DNA of 64,000 nucleotides from a virus, in IMG/VR virus record IMGVR_UViG_3300022188_000007, positions 80,486 through 144,485 of that record, one strand, 5' to 3'. The notes under the pieces were generated by a model. It was not told the origin of the DNA. It made no database searches and was given only the letters and a program-made list of their open reading frames with translations. This document shows, in pieces, positions 36,828 through 49,100 of this stretch; the first letter of the stretch is position 1; the number at the start of each line of letters is the position of its first letter. A program made the translations under genes and the position numbers.

Positions 36828-37133
36828 ATGAGAAGAGGATGGCAAGTAGAACTTCTTGATGGTTCTATACTGGAGGAAGGTAATATTGAATGGAGAAAAG
36901 TACCTAAAGTCAAGATTAAGCGTTTGTCCTTGTTGTATGACGGCCGGCAATGGGACTTGTCTGGTAAGGCGGCTTATTTTATTAAAAATAAAGCCTCCAT
37001 GGTACCTGGTATAGCGGCTTCTTTTAGAATTGAACGTAGATGTGTAGGTTACTACGACGGCGCTAAAAAGATTCATTATATAGTGGATGAGTCTACTGGT
37101 AAGTTTAATATGGAGGTCGTAGATAACGGGTAA
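36828..37133 (+). CDS. Hypothetical basic protein (101 aa)
   Basis: SD aagggg and lies within the operon. Confidence 0.7.
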   Translation: MRRGWQVELLDGSILEEGNIEWRKVPKVKIKRLSLLYDGRQWDLSGKAAYFIKNKASMVPGIAASFRIERRCVGYYDGAKKIHYIVDESTGKFNMEVVDNG

Positions 37134-37138
37134 ATCTA

Positions 37139-40100
37139 ATGAAAACAGATTCTATTAATAAATGCCAGTACTGGAATAAATATGAACCAACTCTTTGTAT
37201 ATACTGGGATGATGGTGCTACTACGTGTAATTATCAAGCAATCGCAGCAGCCGCAGCTCAAGATTCGGCTAATGCCCTTAAAGTTCCAAATCATTCTCCA
37301 GCTTGTAATTTACTTGGTACTTCTGTCAGTTGTTCTCACTATATAGCATCTTCCCCAGGTGAAGTATTAGCAAGATGTATTCTACCTGATCCTAGAAGAC
37401 ATGTATGTAATAGGGCTACTGGAAAAAGTTGGGTAGTTGTCGGCGAACCAACTGGTGATGTTAATGATAGCGGCATTGAGTTGTTTGATTGGGACTTTGA
37501 CACAATAAATGGGTACAATGAGGGGGAGTGCGACGGTACTGGTACTGATACTACTTGTTCTGGTTATGCCCCATATCATATGGGTTTTGGCACCCTTCAA
37601 CCCTCAGATAGCCCAGATTTAGACACTTTTGAGTCCGGTCATTATTCTTTAGATGTTGAATTTGGTTTCAGACTTCCTACTAATTTTACTATCTATAATA
37701 TTCGAGCGGCACTATCTAGGTGTCATTGGTGGAGAACTGACCCGGGCACATTTGCAGTTGACGCTGAAGGTAAAGTGAAATTAAAAGGTAATTGGGAATG
37801 TTCTTGCCCTAAGGATACTAGTGCTTATAGTGAATTTACACTTGAAAATGGTCCCCCATGTAATGGGTGTAAGCCTGAGTGTTCTAACTATACTGGGGTT
37901 TGCTGGCAGTACTGTATAGATGAGAAAATGGAGGATGGTGACCCTATATTAGCGGAACAGATACATGAACTGAGATATTATCATAGAGAAAATAACTGGA
38001 CTAAAGAAGCAATACAAGCAATATTTATCGATGAAGGAGAAATCTTTACTTGGCACGGCTCTGCTGATTCAGGTAAGTGTGCAACAGATGGATCTAGCCA
38101 GTCGATGGAAGAAGACTGTGAAGATGGAGGGGCCTCTATACATGGTATATTATCTACTACTGTTGGTTCTGATGGTAATATAGAAGAGTATAGAATTCCT
38201 GCAGTTAAAGTGTCTATGCCTTCATTTGAAGAGTTCACTATTGAAACTCAGAATGTGGAGTTGACTCAAGGCACAGAGGTGGCTGGCACACTAGAGAATT
38301 TTCCTACCTTAGTAAGAGCGTTACAATTATTCCCTTTATCCCCCATAATAAAAACAGAGTTTAATAAGCATACTACCTCTAATGATGTAGATATCGGGTT
38401 CTTTGAAACTCCTTATCTAGCGGAAGGGATTAGTACTTTAATTTATGGTAAACTATTTTATTCTACTGTAGCTTATGCCATTAATTTGAGCGATGCTGAG
38501 GTACAGGCCATACTTCCTGTGGAATTGTATTATTTTGATGATATATACATACTAGAATCTGAACTAGGACCTGAGGCTTATGAGGTGTTTAATATTAAGT
38601 TAGAGGCTACATTGAAAGCAATAGCGACAATATCCCCTGAAAAAGTAATTCCTAATTCTTTACCTGATGAAGACAGAACATTTTTAATGGATGTGCCTGT
38701 GTTATCTAAAGACCGTACATATGACGGGTCCAATAAAAATACCATTTTGGTCTTTCAAAAAGCCAATAATATATTTACTTTCGATAAAGTAACATTTACT
38801 AAGCGAGTTGTAGGGGGTATGTTATTCCAAGATGACTTTCAGATTATAGGGGATCAGAAACTAGTTAGAAAACCGATTCCTAATTTTGAGAAATCCTTTA
38901 TGACTAATTTAAATAACAACGGCTCTATGTCGTTTCATTTCGAGCCTTTTATAGACGCAGGTCTTGCAACAGATGCGTTATATACATACAACGATGTCCG
39001 CCATGTTGATCCTGTAGACGATCCTATCTATGTTGGTAGTACTAAATATAAAATTACTATACCTCAATATACACTTGAAACTTCTACTGTTCCAGGTTCC
39101 CCACAGGAATTTAAGGTTATTGGTTCAAATGGCTATGCTCTTATCACATTGAATGACTTATTTGTTAATAATGTTATAGAGAATTGGGAAGCTAAAAAAA
39201 TAGTAGCTACTTATGGTAATGATACTATAGATGAGGAGGGTAACCTAACTACCGAGTATACTGAGTGTGAAATGCAAATTGTACGCCATGGAGGGGATCG
39301 TAAATTAGCTAGCGGTCAGGTACTAGTTAAACCTAAGGATATGAGTGATTTTAATTCATTATGTGGTGATACTTTAGTGGAAATAAATGATTTAACGTAT
39401 ATGGAAAAAAGAAGTTTTGAACAGCCCCCAGATATAGATCTTGGTACTTATGAAGAAATAGACACAAATGGAAATGAGGTTCTTATAGAGGCGGGCGAAT
39501 TTGAGGGTACTTCTGAGCAGTTCACTATTAAAAATTATAAATTTGTTCTTACTTTAGCTACGGTTATGCAAGATAGTACTGGTAGGCCTTTTACTATGTC
39601 AAGAACTAAACCTATAGGTATGGTTAAGCAGGTAGCTTGCCCAGACGTAGAGATATATTATAAATGGACCGCGGTGTATAACCTATGGCAAAATCTTCCT
39701 ATATGTACATGTTGTGGTCCTCGATCAGAAAAATTTCTAGCCTCTGGTATTTTAATATCAAACGTACCTTTATGTGGCGATCACTTTGAATGTAAAGGGT
39801 GTTATCCTGCTGCTGTCTGGTGGCCTTATAACATGTGTCAAGGATACACGGGGTACAATCAAGTCACAAATTTAGATAATTGGGACGTATCAATGATTGG
39901 GTTATTTAAAACCAAATCTACAGATACAGAGGGCAATGAGAGTTACGATCACGGATCACATGATATGCGCATGATGGGGCCGCATATACGTTATGCCTCC
40001 AGCGGTTTGTATTGTCCACCTAAACCCTGTGCTTGTCCTATGTTGACGTATAACAATTATATGACGGAGGAGCCTTATTTCACAGGGTATGGTAGGATAA

Positions 40101-42730
40101 GGGCTGGAGTTAATGACTATCAAATAGGAATTTGGATAGATACTGGTAGTTACCCTATAATGCAGTTTGGGAATGAATTTCGTTCTGTTCTTCGTTCATA
40201 TCGTACTACGGACCAAGCTCCATATGTTAGAACAGATACTGACCCTAAAACAGGGCGTTCTGAACCTAGAACAGATTGGCATCTCATGCCGGCGGCACAA
40301 ATGTTTTCTTCATCAGATATAACTGCTGATTCTGACCCTATGTGGGATTATTTTTGTGATCCTAGTGGCCCAAATGTTATTAATCCGTTAGGATTTTATC
40401 TTGCAGATGAGTTTGATGGTATGGCTATTGATGAGACAGTGGACTACTATAATCGTTTTAGATTTGAAGATATCATAACCGTACAAAATGAATTAAATTT
40501 AGGTTATCCTAAAACTATAGGGCAATACGTTGTATCTACTGGAGGCGCAATAATTTCTCCTTTCTATAATTTTAAAGCTTATGAAGCAGGCGGCTCGTCT
40601 ACTTTCATTCAATGGGCTTGGCAAGAAGTTTGGAAACCTCTAGAAAGAAATATTAAGGAAGGCGCGGGGTATTCTTATAGTGATTTTATAGCGTTATATC
40701 TAGAAAAAGGGGTGGTAGGGAACGTTAAAGGTACCTATTTAGATAATAGCGGCTCGGTAGTAGGTAGTCACCGAATGATACAAGTTGAGTATCCCGACTA
40801 TAAGTATGATTGGCAAAATAAAGAATTTAGACTTGTATGTGATGAGAATATGCAGTCCTCTATTAGGTTTTGGGCACCTGAAGAGAAAGATAAATACACT
40901 GGTGAGTATTTAGGCTACCCTTCTTTACAATTGAATAATGGCCCAAAACGAGGAATTAATTGGGCTGGTGAATGGCTTACTCCAAATAATGGCGACGGAG
41001 AACTAGCAGAGGGCCAGTCCTTGGAAGAAGAATATAATGTAACACTGTATGAGACATGTATCGGCAATCCCTCATTCGAGGGTACTATTAAATCTGGTTG
41101 GGCAGAGCAGGTAACTTTATTTGATACAGGGTATGATGCTGACTCTATTGAGGCAGCCATAGAAGATGAGCGCCATGTTGTAACTATTAATACTATTACT
41201 GGAGATAAAATCAATACTTATTTTCAACGCGGTTTAAACGTAGAACTACTTTTGAATGGGCTAGGTAGCGCACCATTAAGACTTGAGCACTTGACTCAAC
41301 TCACCAAACTGGGTGAACTCATGGAAGTAATGTGTGGTACCTTTGATGAGTTATCTATTGGTTTTACATTTGATAGTATAGTTCGTACTGTGGGCAGGTT
41401 TAGTTTTAGTTATGAATACGGCCCTAAATTAGTATCACCGGAGATACCTGCAACAGCAACTACCAAGAAGGTACCTGCTGTTTACAGCTACCATCATATG
41501 CCAGAGGTATCTATTTATAAATCAGACTTAGGCAGTTCAGAGGGAGCAACTTTGTTGTATAAATCTGATGGAATGGAGCTATATGATGGTCCAAAAACAA
41601 GTCTTAATTCTTTTGAAGTAAGAGATGAGACCATAGAATGGGGGAATACTTGGGATTATATAGCTGGGGGCGGATCAGGCTTGTATGTTGTATTTAGGGT
41701 CACCCCTACAATAGCAGAAATTACCGCACTTGATGCTAGTATAACAGACCCAGGCAGATATACTAAGTACCCTAATTTTGTAAATGTATTGAATACTCAG
41801 GTATATGAAGAACAATTGATTAATGCACAAGAGAATATAAAAAATTGGGAAAGGAAATACTATGTTTCCCACGGCTCCTCTGCTGATGGTCCTCCTCAAG
41901 GGGGAGGCGATGAAAAAACTCTGACGGCTATTCCAAATTTCCCTCATACAGTTTGGCAAGTAGATGATGTGGACGGGGTAAAAGGAATCCGTGATTCTGC
42001 CGGCCCAGCTGTATTTATAAATAAATGCAGGGGAAGATTTGTTTTTGATACCTGGGAAGATTTAACGTTATTAGACTCAGGGTCTATTCCAGAAATGGAA
42101 AATTTACAATATAAGTTATACAATCAGGCGGCTGAAAAGGCAACACAGCAATCTACTATGAAGCCGTTAATGCCCCCGGGTTTGCAAGAACTTCTTACTA
42201 AAAATGGTGTTAACTTCGCGGGCGCTGGTCCTCTTGTGCTAACAAATTCTTTAATATCTACATTGGGAGGGATAAATCAATTCCCCATAATGCAGGCAGA
42301 AGGGCATTCTTATATAGCTAGCGAGCCCTGGACGGAGGCTTGTGCTGGGGATAATGGTTGTTATGGAGGAGATACTTTTGCATGGAGGTATACAAATTAT
42401 GATGATATGTCGTCTCATACAGCAGTAGAATCATTAACTCAATATAATATGGGAACTTATTGGATGTTACAGCGTAGAAAGATGAACATAGATTTGAATG
42501 TTGGTCTTTATGTGAGGTGGTACTCAAGAAGTACAGGGAATAGGATATACCAAGCCTCTGAAGAAGAATTTTCTACTTTAATTTATCCTGAGATGGATAT
42601 TAAGCCCCTTGTAGGTGGCCTAGGGACAGTAGTAGCACCTACAAAGGGCAACCCAGTCCGAAACTTGTTTTTAGGCGGCTCCTGGGGCTCAATTCAGGAG
42701 TCCATATATGGACCTGATGCCACCTGGTGA
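37139..42730 (+). CDS. Large Cys-rich virion/baseplate-associated protein (1,863 aa)
   Basis: About 19 Cys in the first 330 aa and about 11 more at ~39630-40040. Acidic and beta-rich. No family recognised. Confidence 0.7.
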   Translation: MKTDSINKCQYWNKYEPTLCIYWDDGATTCNYQAIAAAAAQDSANALKVPNHSPACNLLGTSVSCSHYIASSPGEVLARCILPDPRRHVCNRATGKSWVVVGEPTGDVNDSGIELFDWDFDTINGYNEGECDGTGTDTTCSGYAPYHMGFGTLQPSDSPDLDTFESGHYSLDVEFGFRLPTNFTIYNIRAALSRCHWWRTDPGTFAVDAEGKVKLKGNWECSCPKDTSAYSEFTLENGPPCNGCKPECSNYTGVCWQYCIDEKMEDGDPILAEQIHELRYYHRENNWTKEAIQAIFIDEGEIFTWHGSADSGKCATDGSSQSMEEDCEDGGASIHGILSTTVGSDGNIEEYRIPAVKVSMPSFEEFTIETQNVELTQGTEVAGTLENFPTLVRALQLFPLSPIIKTEFNKHTTSNDVDIGFFETPYLAEGISTLIYGKLFYSTVAYAINLSDAEVQAILPVELYYFDDIYILESELGPEAYEVFNIKLEATLKAIATISPEKVIPNSLPDEDRTFLMDVPVLSKDRTYDGSNKNTILVFQKANNIFTFDKVTFTKRVVGGMLFQDDFQIIGDQKLVRKPIPNFEKSFMTNLNNNGSMSFHFEPFIDAGLATDALYTYNDVRHVDPVDDPIYVGSTKYKITIPQYTLETSTVPGSPQEFKVIGSNGYALITLNDLFVNNVIENWEAKKIVATYGNDTIDEEGNLTTEYTECEMQIVRHGGDRKLASGQVLVKPKDMSDFNSLCGDTLVEINDLTYMEKRSFEQPPDIDLGTYEEIDTNGNEVLIEAGEFEGTSEQFTIKNYKFVLTLATVMQDSTGRPFTMSRTKPIGMVKQVACPDVEIYYKWTAVYNLWQNLPICTCCGPRSEKFLASGILISNVPLCGDHFECKGCYPAAVWWPYNMCQGYTGYNQVTNLDNWDVSMIGLFKTKSTDTEGNESYDHGSHDMRMMGPHIRYASSGLYCPPKPCACPMLTYNNYMTEEPYFTGYGRIRAGVNDYQIGIWIDTGSYPIMQFGNEFRSVLRSYRTTDQAPYVRTDTDPKTGRSEPRTDWHLMPAAQMFSSSDITADSDPMWDYFCDPSGPNVINPLGFYLADEFDGMAIDETVDYYNRFRFEDIITVQNELNLGYPKTIGQYVVSTGGAIISPFYNFKAYEAGGSSTFIQWAWQEVWKPLERNIKEGAGYSYSDFIALYLEKGVVGNVKGTYLDNSGSVVGSHRMIQVEYPDYKYDWQNKEFRLVCDENMQSSIRFWAPEEKDKYTGEYLGYPSLQLNNGPKRGINWAGEWLTPNNGDGELAEGQSLEEEYNVTLYETCIGNPSFEGTIKSGWAEQVTLFDTGYDADSIEAAIEDERHVVTINTITGDKINTYFQRGLNVELLLNGLGSAPLRLEHLTQLTKLGELMEVMCGTFDELSIGFTFDSIVRTVGRFSFSYEYGPKLVSPEIPATATTKKVPAVYSYHHMPEVSIYKSDLGSSEGATLLYKSDGMELYDGPKTSLNSFEVRDETIEWGNTWDYIAGGGSGLYVVFRVTPTIAEITALDASITDPGRYTKYPNFVNVLNTQVYEEQLINAQENIKNWERKYYVSHGSSADGPPQGGGDEKTLTAIPNFPHTVWQVDDVDGVKGIRDSAGPAVFINKCRGRFVFDTWEDLTLLDSGSIPEMENLQYKLYNQAAEKATQQSTMKPLMPPGLQELLTKNGVNFAGAGPLVLTNSLISTLGGINQFPIMQAEGHSYIASEPWTEACAGDNGCYGGDTFAWRYTNYDDMSSHTAVESLTQYNMGTYWMLQRRKMNIDLNVGLYVRWYSRSTGNRIYQASEEEFSTLIYPEMDIKPLVGGLGTVVAPTKGNPVRNLFLGGSWGSIQESIYGPDATW

Positions 42731-42765
42731 TTTAAAAATAAATAATATAATTAAGGAGTAAATAG

Positions 42766-43170
42766 ATGATGGATTTAATTTGTTCTAAATGTGATAGTGA
42801 GCTTTATGAAAATTCTATAGCCACTACTTTTGAATACAATAAGGACATAAAGGTATTAATGTCGGAAGCGGGCGAGTTAGTTATTAAAAATGCTCCTAGA
42901 TATATGATATTCGCTTGTAATAAATGTGGTTTTACACGGAAAATTTTTTTTGAAGATTATTTTGCTTCTAGACAAGCAGTGGCTTTAAAAACTTTAGGTA
43001 AAATGCGTTCTGATTCTTGTGTACGTACATTAGATCATTCTGTAAAATATAGTGAGGATAGCGGTTTAACTTTTTGCGGCCTCTGTCCTGGTTTGTTTGA
43101 TGGTGATGGAATGTGTACTAATGATGTAATAGCTGGCTGTTCTGTAAGGAGACATCTCCTTGAAGACTAA
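42766..43170 (+). CDS. Zinc-finger-like protein (134 aa)
   Basis: CSKC, CNKC and CGLC plus additional Cys. SD aaggag. Confidence 0.75.
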   Translation: MMDLICSKCDSELYENSIATTFEYNKDIKVLMSEAGELVIKNAPRYMIFACNKCGFTRKIFFEDYFASRQAVALKTLGKMRSDSCVRTLDHSVKYSEDSGLTFCGLCPGLFDGDGMCTNDVIAGCSVRRHLLED

Positions 43171-46100
43171 TTATAATCTACTAAAAGACGCTTATAGTAT
43201 TAAGAATATATCTACTTGTCAGTATGACTCATTGCATGGTTATGTGAGTGATTTTAGTAAGAATGGTGATGTGGATGGCTGGGATATATATTCTAATATA
43301 TGTCTGTATGGTGTATGGGACACAGTACTGTTCGGTACTTCTTTAGATAGGGAGTGTTACATTAGTAGAACTAATATATTTATACCTATTCCAGCAGAAT
43401 CATATCATATAATGAAAGTTACAATGAAATTAACTTTACCTGATGATCTCCCTGAACAGTTTATTCCTACCAAAGGTAGGCTCATGTGGCAGACGGTAGC
43501 TGATCCTTCATGGAGTGAACAAAAATCTATAGACTTCGATCTTATTGTAAATGACCAATGGTATTCTTATATAATAAACACTGGAGAATCTCAATACTGG
43601 CAAGGTGATATTAATAACGTCAGGATTTATCCTTTTACTGATGGCAAGCCTGAAATACGCTTTACTATTAAGGCTATTAATATTGATTCTACTGATTATT
43701 TTCAATGTATTAATACACAGTGCGACTACTATTCTAAATATAGCCATCCTTGTGAAGGTATTGGCAAACGGGCATCGATTACTTCAGGTATTCCTAAAGA
43801 AACTTTTACAACTGTATCCGGACTCAATGATAAGTTACTACTTAATATAGACGGTTACGGTGACCAGCAAATAAATTTAGGTAATTTTACTAATATAACT
43901 GGTAGTGATATGGCAAAAGTATTAGTAAATAGAATAAGTTTGGTAGACGTAGGGCAGTATACTTATGTAGAATCTACGTTTGATTATACTCAAAATACAC
44001 TTATAATTCATTCAGGTTCGTCTACTGAAGGTGGGACAATTAGTATAGGTGGTCCAGCAGCAGAAATCTTGGGCTTTTTTAATGAGTTAGGGGAAGATGT
44101 ATCTGTTGAGACTATAGGTAAGTCTCCGGCATCTGGTTTTGATTACTCAGCCTCTCGTAGGTTAAAAGGTTTCGAGATAAATGCCTTGATCGATTCGGAT
44201 GAAGAACATACCGCTTATTATCATAATCCTAATCAATATACTGTGGAAGCTGGTCGATCTGACTTTATCGATTCAATGAGCTCATCCCATGCTCCCCGGC
44301 CAATTGACATAGACTACTATAAAGAGATAGATGGTAATAATAAATTAATCATAGACGGTTCTCATCCAGTTAATGATTCTGGAAGACTTACTTTAATAAA
44401 AGTTAACGGAACTAGATGTAAAGATGTCGACGAGAATATGTTTGTTTCTTCAAGATTTAGTTCTTCTTTTAGTAAAGTGGTGTTGTTAAGGACTTATAGA
44501 ATGACTGATGTTGAAACTTCCTTTGTTCAAATAATTTATACAGCCACTATTGAAGATCCAGAAAAAGGCGCTGTACATACTTCAGATGATGTTACATATA
44601 GCATAGAAGTAGATTGGTTAGTAAACAAAGGTGATTTAATTGGATTTTATAATTTTAACGTACTGTGCCCCCATTCTATGCAACAGCGGCAGCCAAACGC
44701 TGTCTACTTTGAAGTGGCTGGAATGCCTGAAGGTAAATTTTCAATCGGAAAACCTGCAGCCAAAGGGGTAATAGGTTTATCTTTTTATGCAAGAAGTAGT
44801 AGAATTCAAGAGAACATCCAGTTGGAAATAGATCTAGGTCGGAGAGCTAATATAGCTGATTTACATGTTCATGGTGAGGAATTGAAAACTGATTATGAGT
44901 ATAATGTAGCTGCATGCCTAGATGTAACTTGGGAAGTCAATTTACATAATGACACACATTGGCACGATGTAAATCATTGCTATACCGGAGTGGTAGGCCG
45001 TAAAGTAGAGCATAGAAATAAAGCTTATGGTTTGGAATGCTTAGATGATTGTATAACTACCCCAGATAATGGTCAACAAGGCAGTACTTATACAAGTAAT
45101 TCTCATGGAGGGAGTCTGCACTGGGACGGCTCCAATTACATTCAAAATGATGATCCAGATACTTATAGCGGCCTGGTTACTATTGGAGAACATAGTTATT
45201 TTTATGTTAATGGTGATGGGGAATGGAACAGTGCTGAATGCGGGGCTACCGGAGATGAGGATGCTGCTTATCGTTATATGGAGTTTCAAAGCCCCTGGAC
45301 TACAGGCGAGCCTTATGATTATGAGTTTGACCCCTTAACATTTACCTTATTATTTCCTCCTGGCCGGCAAGTTAAAATACACAAAACTGCTATTTATTTT
45401 AAAGAGTCTAATAACTTTAAACATCTTTCTTTGTCTTATTACCTTGGGGAGTTTGGAGGGAACGGAGATGCCGAAGAGATACATTGGAAGTATGTCCCAA
45501 CATTTACTTCTGTAGATTTAGATGGTACCATGTTATATGAAGGTTTGACTGATGGTGAAAGACGAAGTCAGCAGTATGATGATATTTATTTTTCTAATCC
45601 ATGGCCTTGGGGCAAACCTGAGTATGTGAATGGTGTTTGCACTAATTGGGATATATATCAGACTCTAATGAATGAGCGTATGAATACTCTAAAACACTAC
45701 TTTGAGCCTGTCGAGTGTTATGGGTTCAGATATCATAATGAGTGGCATAAAAGTACTAAAATAACTGAAATAGAGGTGTTTAGTTATTTATACATAGAAC
45801 CTTCTTTACTAGATAATGTTAGTATGTACAGTTCAGTGTATAGTAATGAATGGCATGAGTTGTCTTTTACTGCAGATGAGGACGACGATGAAAAGATTAC
45901 GGCACATGTTTCGGGCAGTCCTAGGTATTTTAAACTCGAAATAAAATCACAAGATATATTTAAACTCAAAGAATTAAATGCTACTATTTCTATGGAATAT
46001 ATAAAAGATTTAGATTGCTATAATACTATTAGTGCTGATTATGCACCTAAAGGTATTGTAACAGAATCAAAAGAGCTGATTATAGAAAATACTTATGATA

Positions 46101-49100
46101 TTCCTTTGAATCTAATAGTAGATATTCCTACCAGTTTATTTAAACAAGATGACATATTGTCCTGGGTCAGGTTTGACTCAGAAGATTCTACTATTAATGC
46201 TGAAATAGGTCCAGGAGCTATAGTACGTAAAAATCCAGACTATCCTTTATATATGGCTGATGGTCAAATAGCGAATAATTGTATTGCTTATTATTTAAAA
46301 AATATGATTGATAATAAACCATCATATCAATTTATAAATAATTACAAATGGACTTTTTACAAAACATTACACCATAATGAAGATGTAGCTTATACTAATG
46401 ACCCTACAGGAAAACAGTACTCTGTTTCATTCGATAAAGTATCTAGTAAATATTGGAAGTTAGGGGTTTTTGACACAGGTCGTTATGAATTAAATAGTTT
46501 TAAATTATATAATGGCCTTAGTTTATTAGATAATTATAATATATATATTCAAGCACGTACTGATTTTTTTAGTGGTAAATTTAAAACTTCTATTGACCCT
46601 ATTACAGGCAACATACTTCCAGTAAGTGTGGTAGAGGATGATTTTTCTAACAGTACTTATTTAGATTATTGGGATTATGACTTCGGGCTTAATCCCGGGA
46701 ATAATAATCTTGTAGAGGCATATGATAGTATATTTCCTTATTTAGATGGGTGGGGCATGGCAGCAATAAATAAAACCTTTTGGCCAGGTGCCCTTAGTTT
46801 CAGTGTGGACATACATTTTAAATTTGGGCTACCTAGTAGTTTAAAATACACTGTGGAGCTACTAGATGAAGATGAAAGAGTTTTGTTTACTATGGAATTA
46901 ACCGGCCAAGGAGATGATACAGCTACTTTAGATATTTGGGCAACATACCCAATTAGTCAAGAGATGAAACACTTACAGTATTGGGGCACCGACCCCATGT
47001 TATATGCTGGAGGGCAATCAATCACAAACCCAGATTCAAAAGATTTAATATTTAGTGTAGAAAAAGTTGGTAATACTTTTTCTTATATTTCCTTAGACAC
47101 TGTTGATGGTGCTAATATTTTTAATACTACATCTCAACTTTCATTCCCTGATAGGGTTAGCAAGTTAAATATACGTTATGAAAACATGTCTTCAGATGAA
47201 TATTATACTCAAACTACTAAAGTAAGTACCAGTAGTGTGGTTGTTCAAGCACTCCCTTATCTAAGTGCGCAAGAATTTATAGCTTTTGATTTTAATGATA
47301 GTGAACCTGTCGATAAATTTGAAATAGTACATACTCAATCTGAGTTGTTGAAACCAGCTATTTTGATAGGCAACTTGGATAAGGATGACTATATATTCTG
47401 GGCATATAGTTTTGCTAAGACTGGAGATTTGACACCTGTTAGCCGTAGTATATATAGTAATAATGGTTTTTATAACTCAGGTAACAATGCTCTTGATTCA
47501 AACCCCTGGAATCTTTTTTCAGACGCATGGAATTTTTATTTCACTCATTGCTCTTGTTATGTAAAGTATGATTTTGGTGCTGGAAATGCAAGAGTTATTA
47601 ATTATCTTTATTACACTCCTTATGCCAGTACTACTTATCAAACACCTGACATAGTGCAAGTTTATGGTACTAATGAGTATGGAGATACTTTTGACCCTGA
47701 GTCATCTAGTAATAAACTTTTAATAGAGTTTGATATTAATAAGTATGGGTCTACTCATGCCTATAATGAAGAGTATTTTACTAACAATAATTACTATAGA
47801 TTCTTGATAATTTATTGGCCTAGAAAAGAAGACAACACTTGGAATACATTACTTTTATCAAAAAAAATGAGGTTTGGTCGTAAATTTAATGACTTCAACC
47901 CTTATAACTCGATCACTAATGAGCAAGAAATATTATTAATTCATTCAGATAATGAAGCCACTGACATTGAATTTATAGACTCTTCTTATTACTCTCACCT
48001 TCTATATAAAGCTGGGGCTCCTACGCATTCAACTACTGTTGCCAAATTTGGTAATTCTTCTATGTATTTTAATGGGGGTAACAGTTTTATTAAAGTGGGG
48101 GAGGACTCGCCTGCTTCAGAGGCTTATTTTGATTTTGCTGACAATGATTTTACAATCGATGTTTGGATATATATGACAATACATACTACATACAGGCGTG
48201 TGTGTTCAACACGTTCAGTAGGTGGGACCGGAATGATAGTTACAATACATGCTAACGGTACTCTTTATTTTCAGGATACTACTGCCGGTATAGTGTATTC
48301 CTCTCATTACATACCTTTAAATCAATGGAGCCACATAGCTGTTGTTGGGCATGAGGGGACTATAAAACTATATCTTAATGGGGTAGCAGATCCTGCTACG
48401 CTAGTTCAAGGGGTTCTATCACCTCCCGACTCTATATTTATTATAGGCAGGGTTATTAACCAAGGGTCTTATTCGTTCTATGGGTATATGGATGCGTTTA
48501 GGGTTAATAATGGTAGGGCGTTATGGACAGAAGATTTTACTCCCCCAGAATTCATAAAAACTTTTGAAAATAGTGTACTTACTGCTGCTACTGAGGAAGA
48601 TTATACTAATTATTTGGCGATTGATCTACAGCAGCTACATAATGTAGATTTTTTAAGAAACTCCGGTCCAAACGAAAACTTAAAAAATATTTGGAATACT
48701 TCAGAGATAGATTACTCTGGGTCTGACACTGCAAATATAGATGAAGTTGAATGGAAAGGTTCAGCCCCTGTGTTATTGCTTAATTTTGAAAACTTTACGG
48801 ACAGTTCTGAGTCTGAGCATGTTCTAGTAAAGGAGGGGGATGTTACTATTAGTACAATAGGAAGTGCAGTAACTCCTAATGGTCATGCAGTGTTCAATGG
48901 TGGAACTATCTCTATTGATACCTCTGGCGATTTTAATCTATACGCAGAAGAGTTTACTATTGATTTTAGAGTTCTCCGAGCAGGCGCTGGTTATGAAGGT
49001 ATTATTTCTCGCACGTCTGCATTAAATTCTACCTCTTCTTTCTCATTTACTTTCGGGGTAGACGATTATTTAGTAGCCACTGTGTATAGTGGTGGAAGTC

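Noticed and set aside
30695-37133. Paralogy between the 30695 and 36828 basic proteins (V...DG.I..G....W..V...IK.L)
   Set aside because: The similarity is plausible but too weak to call by eye.
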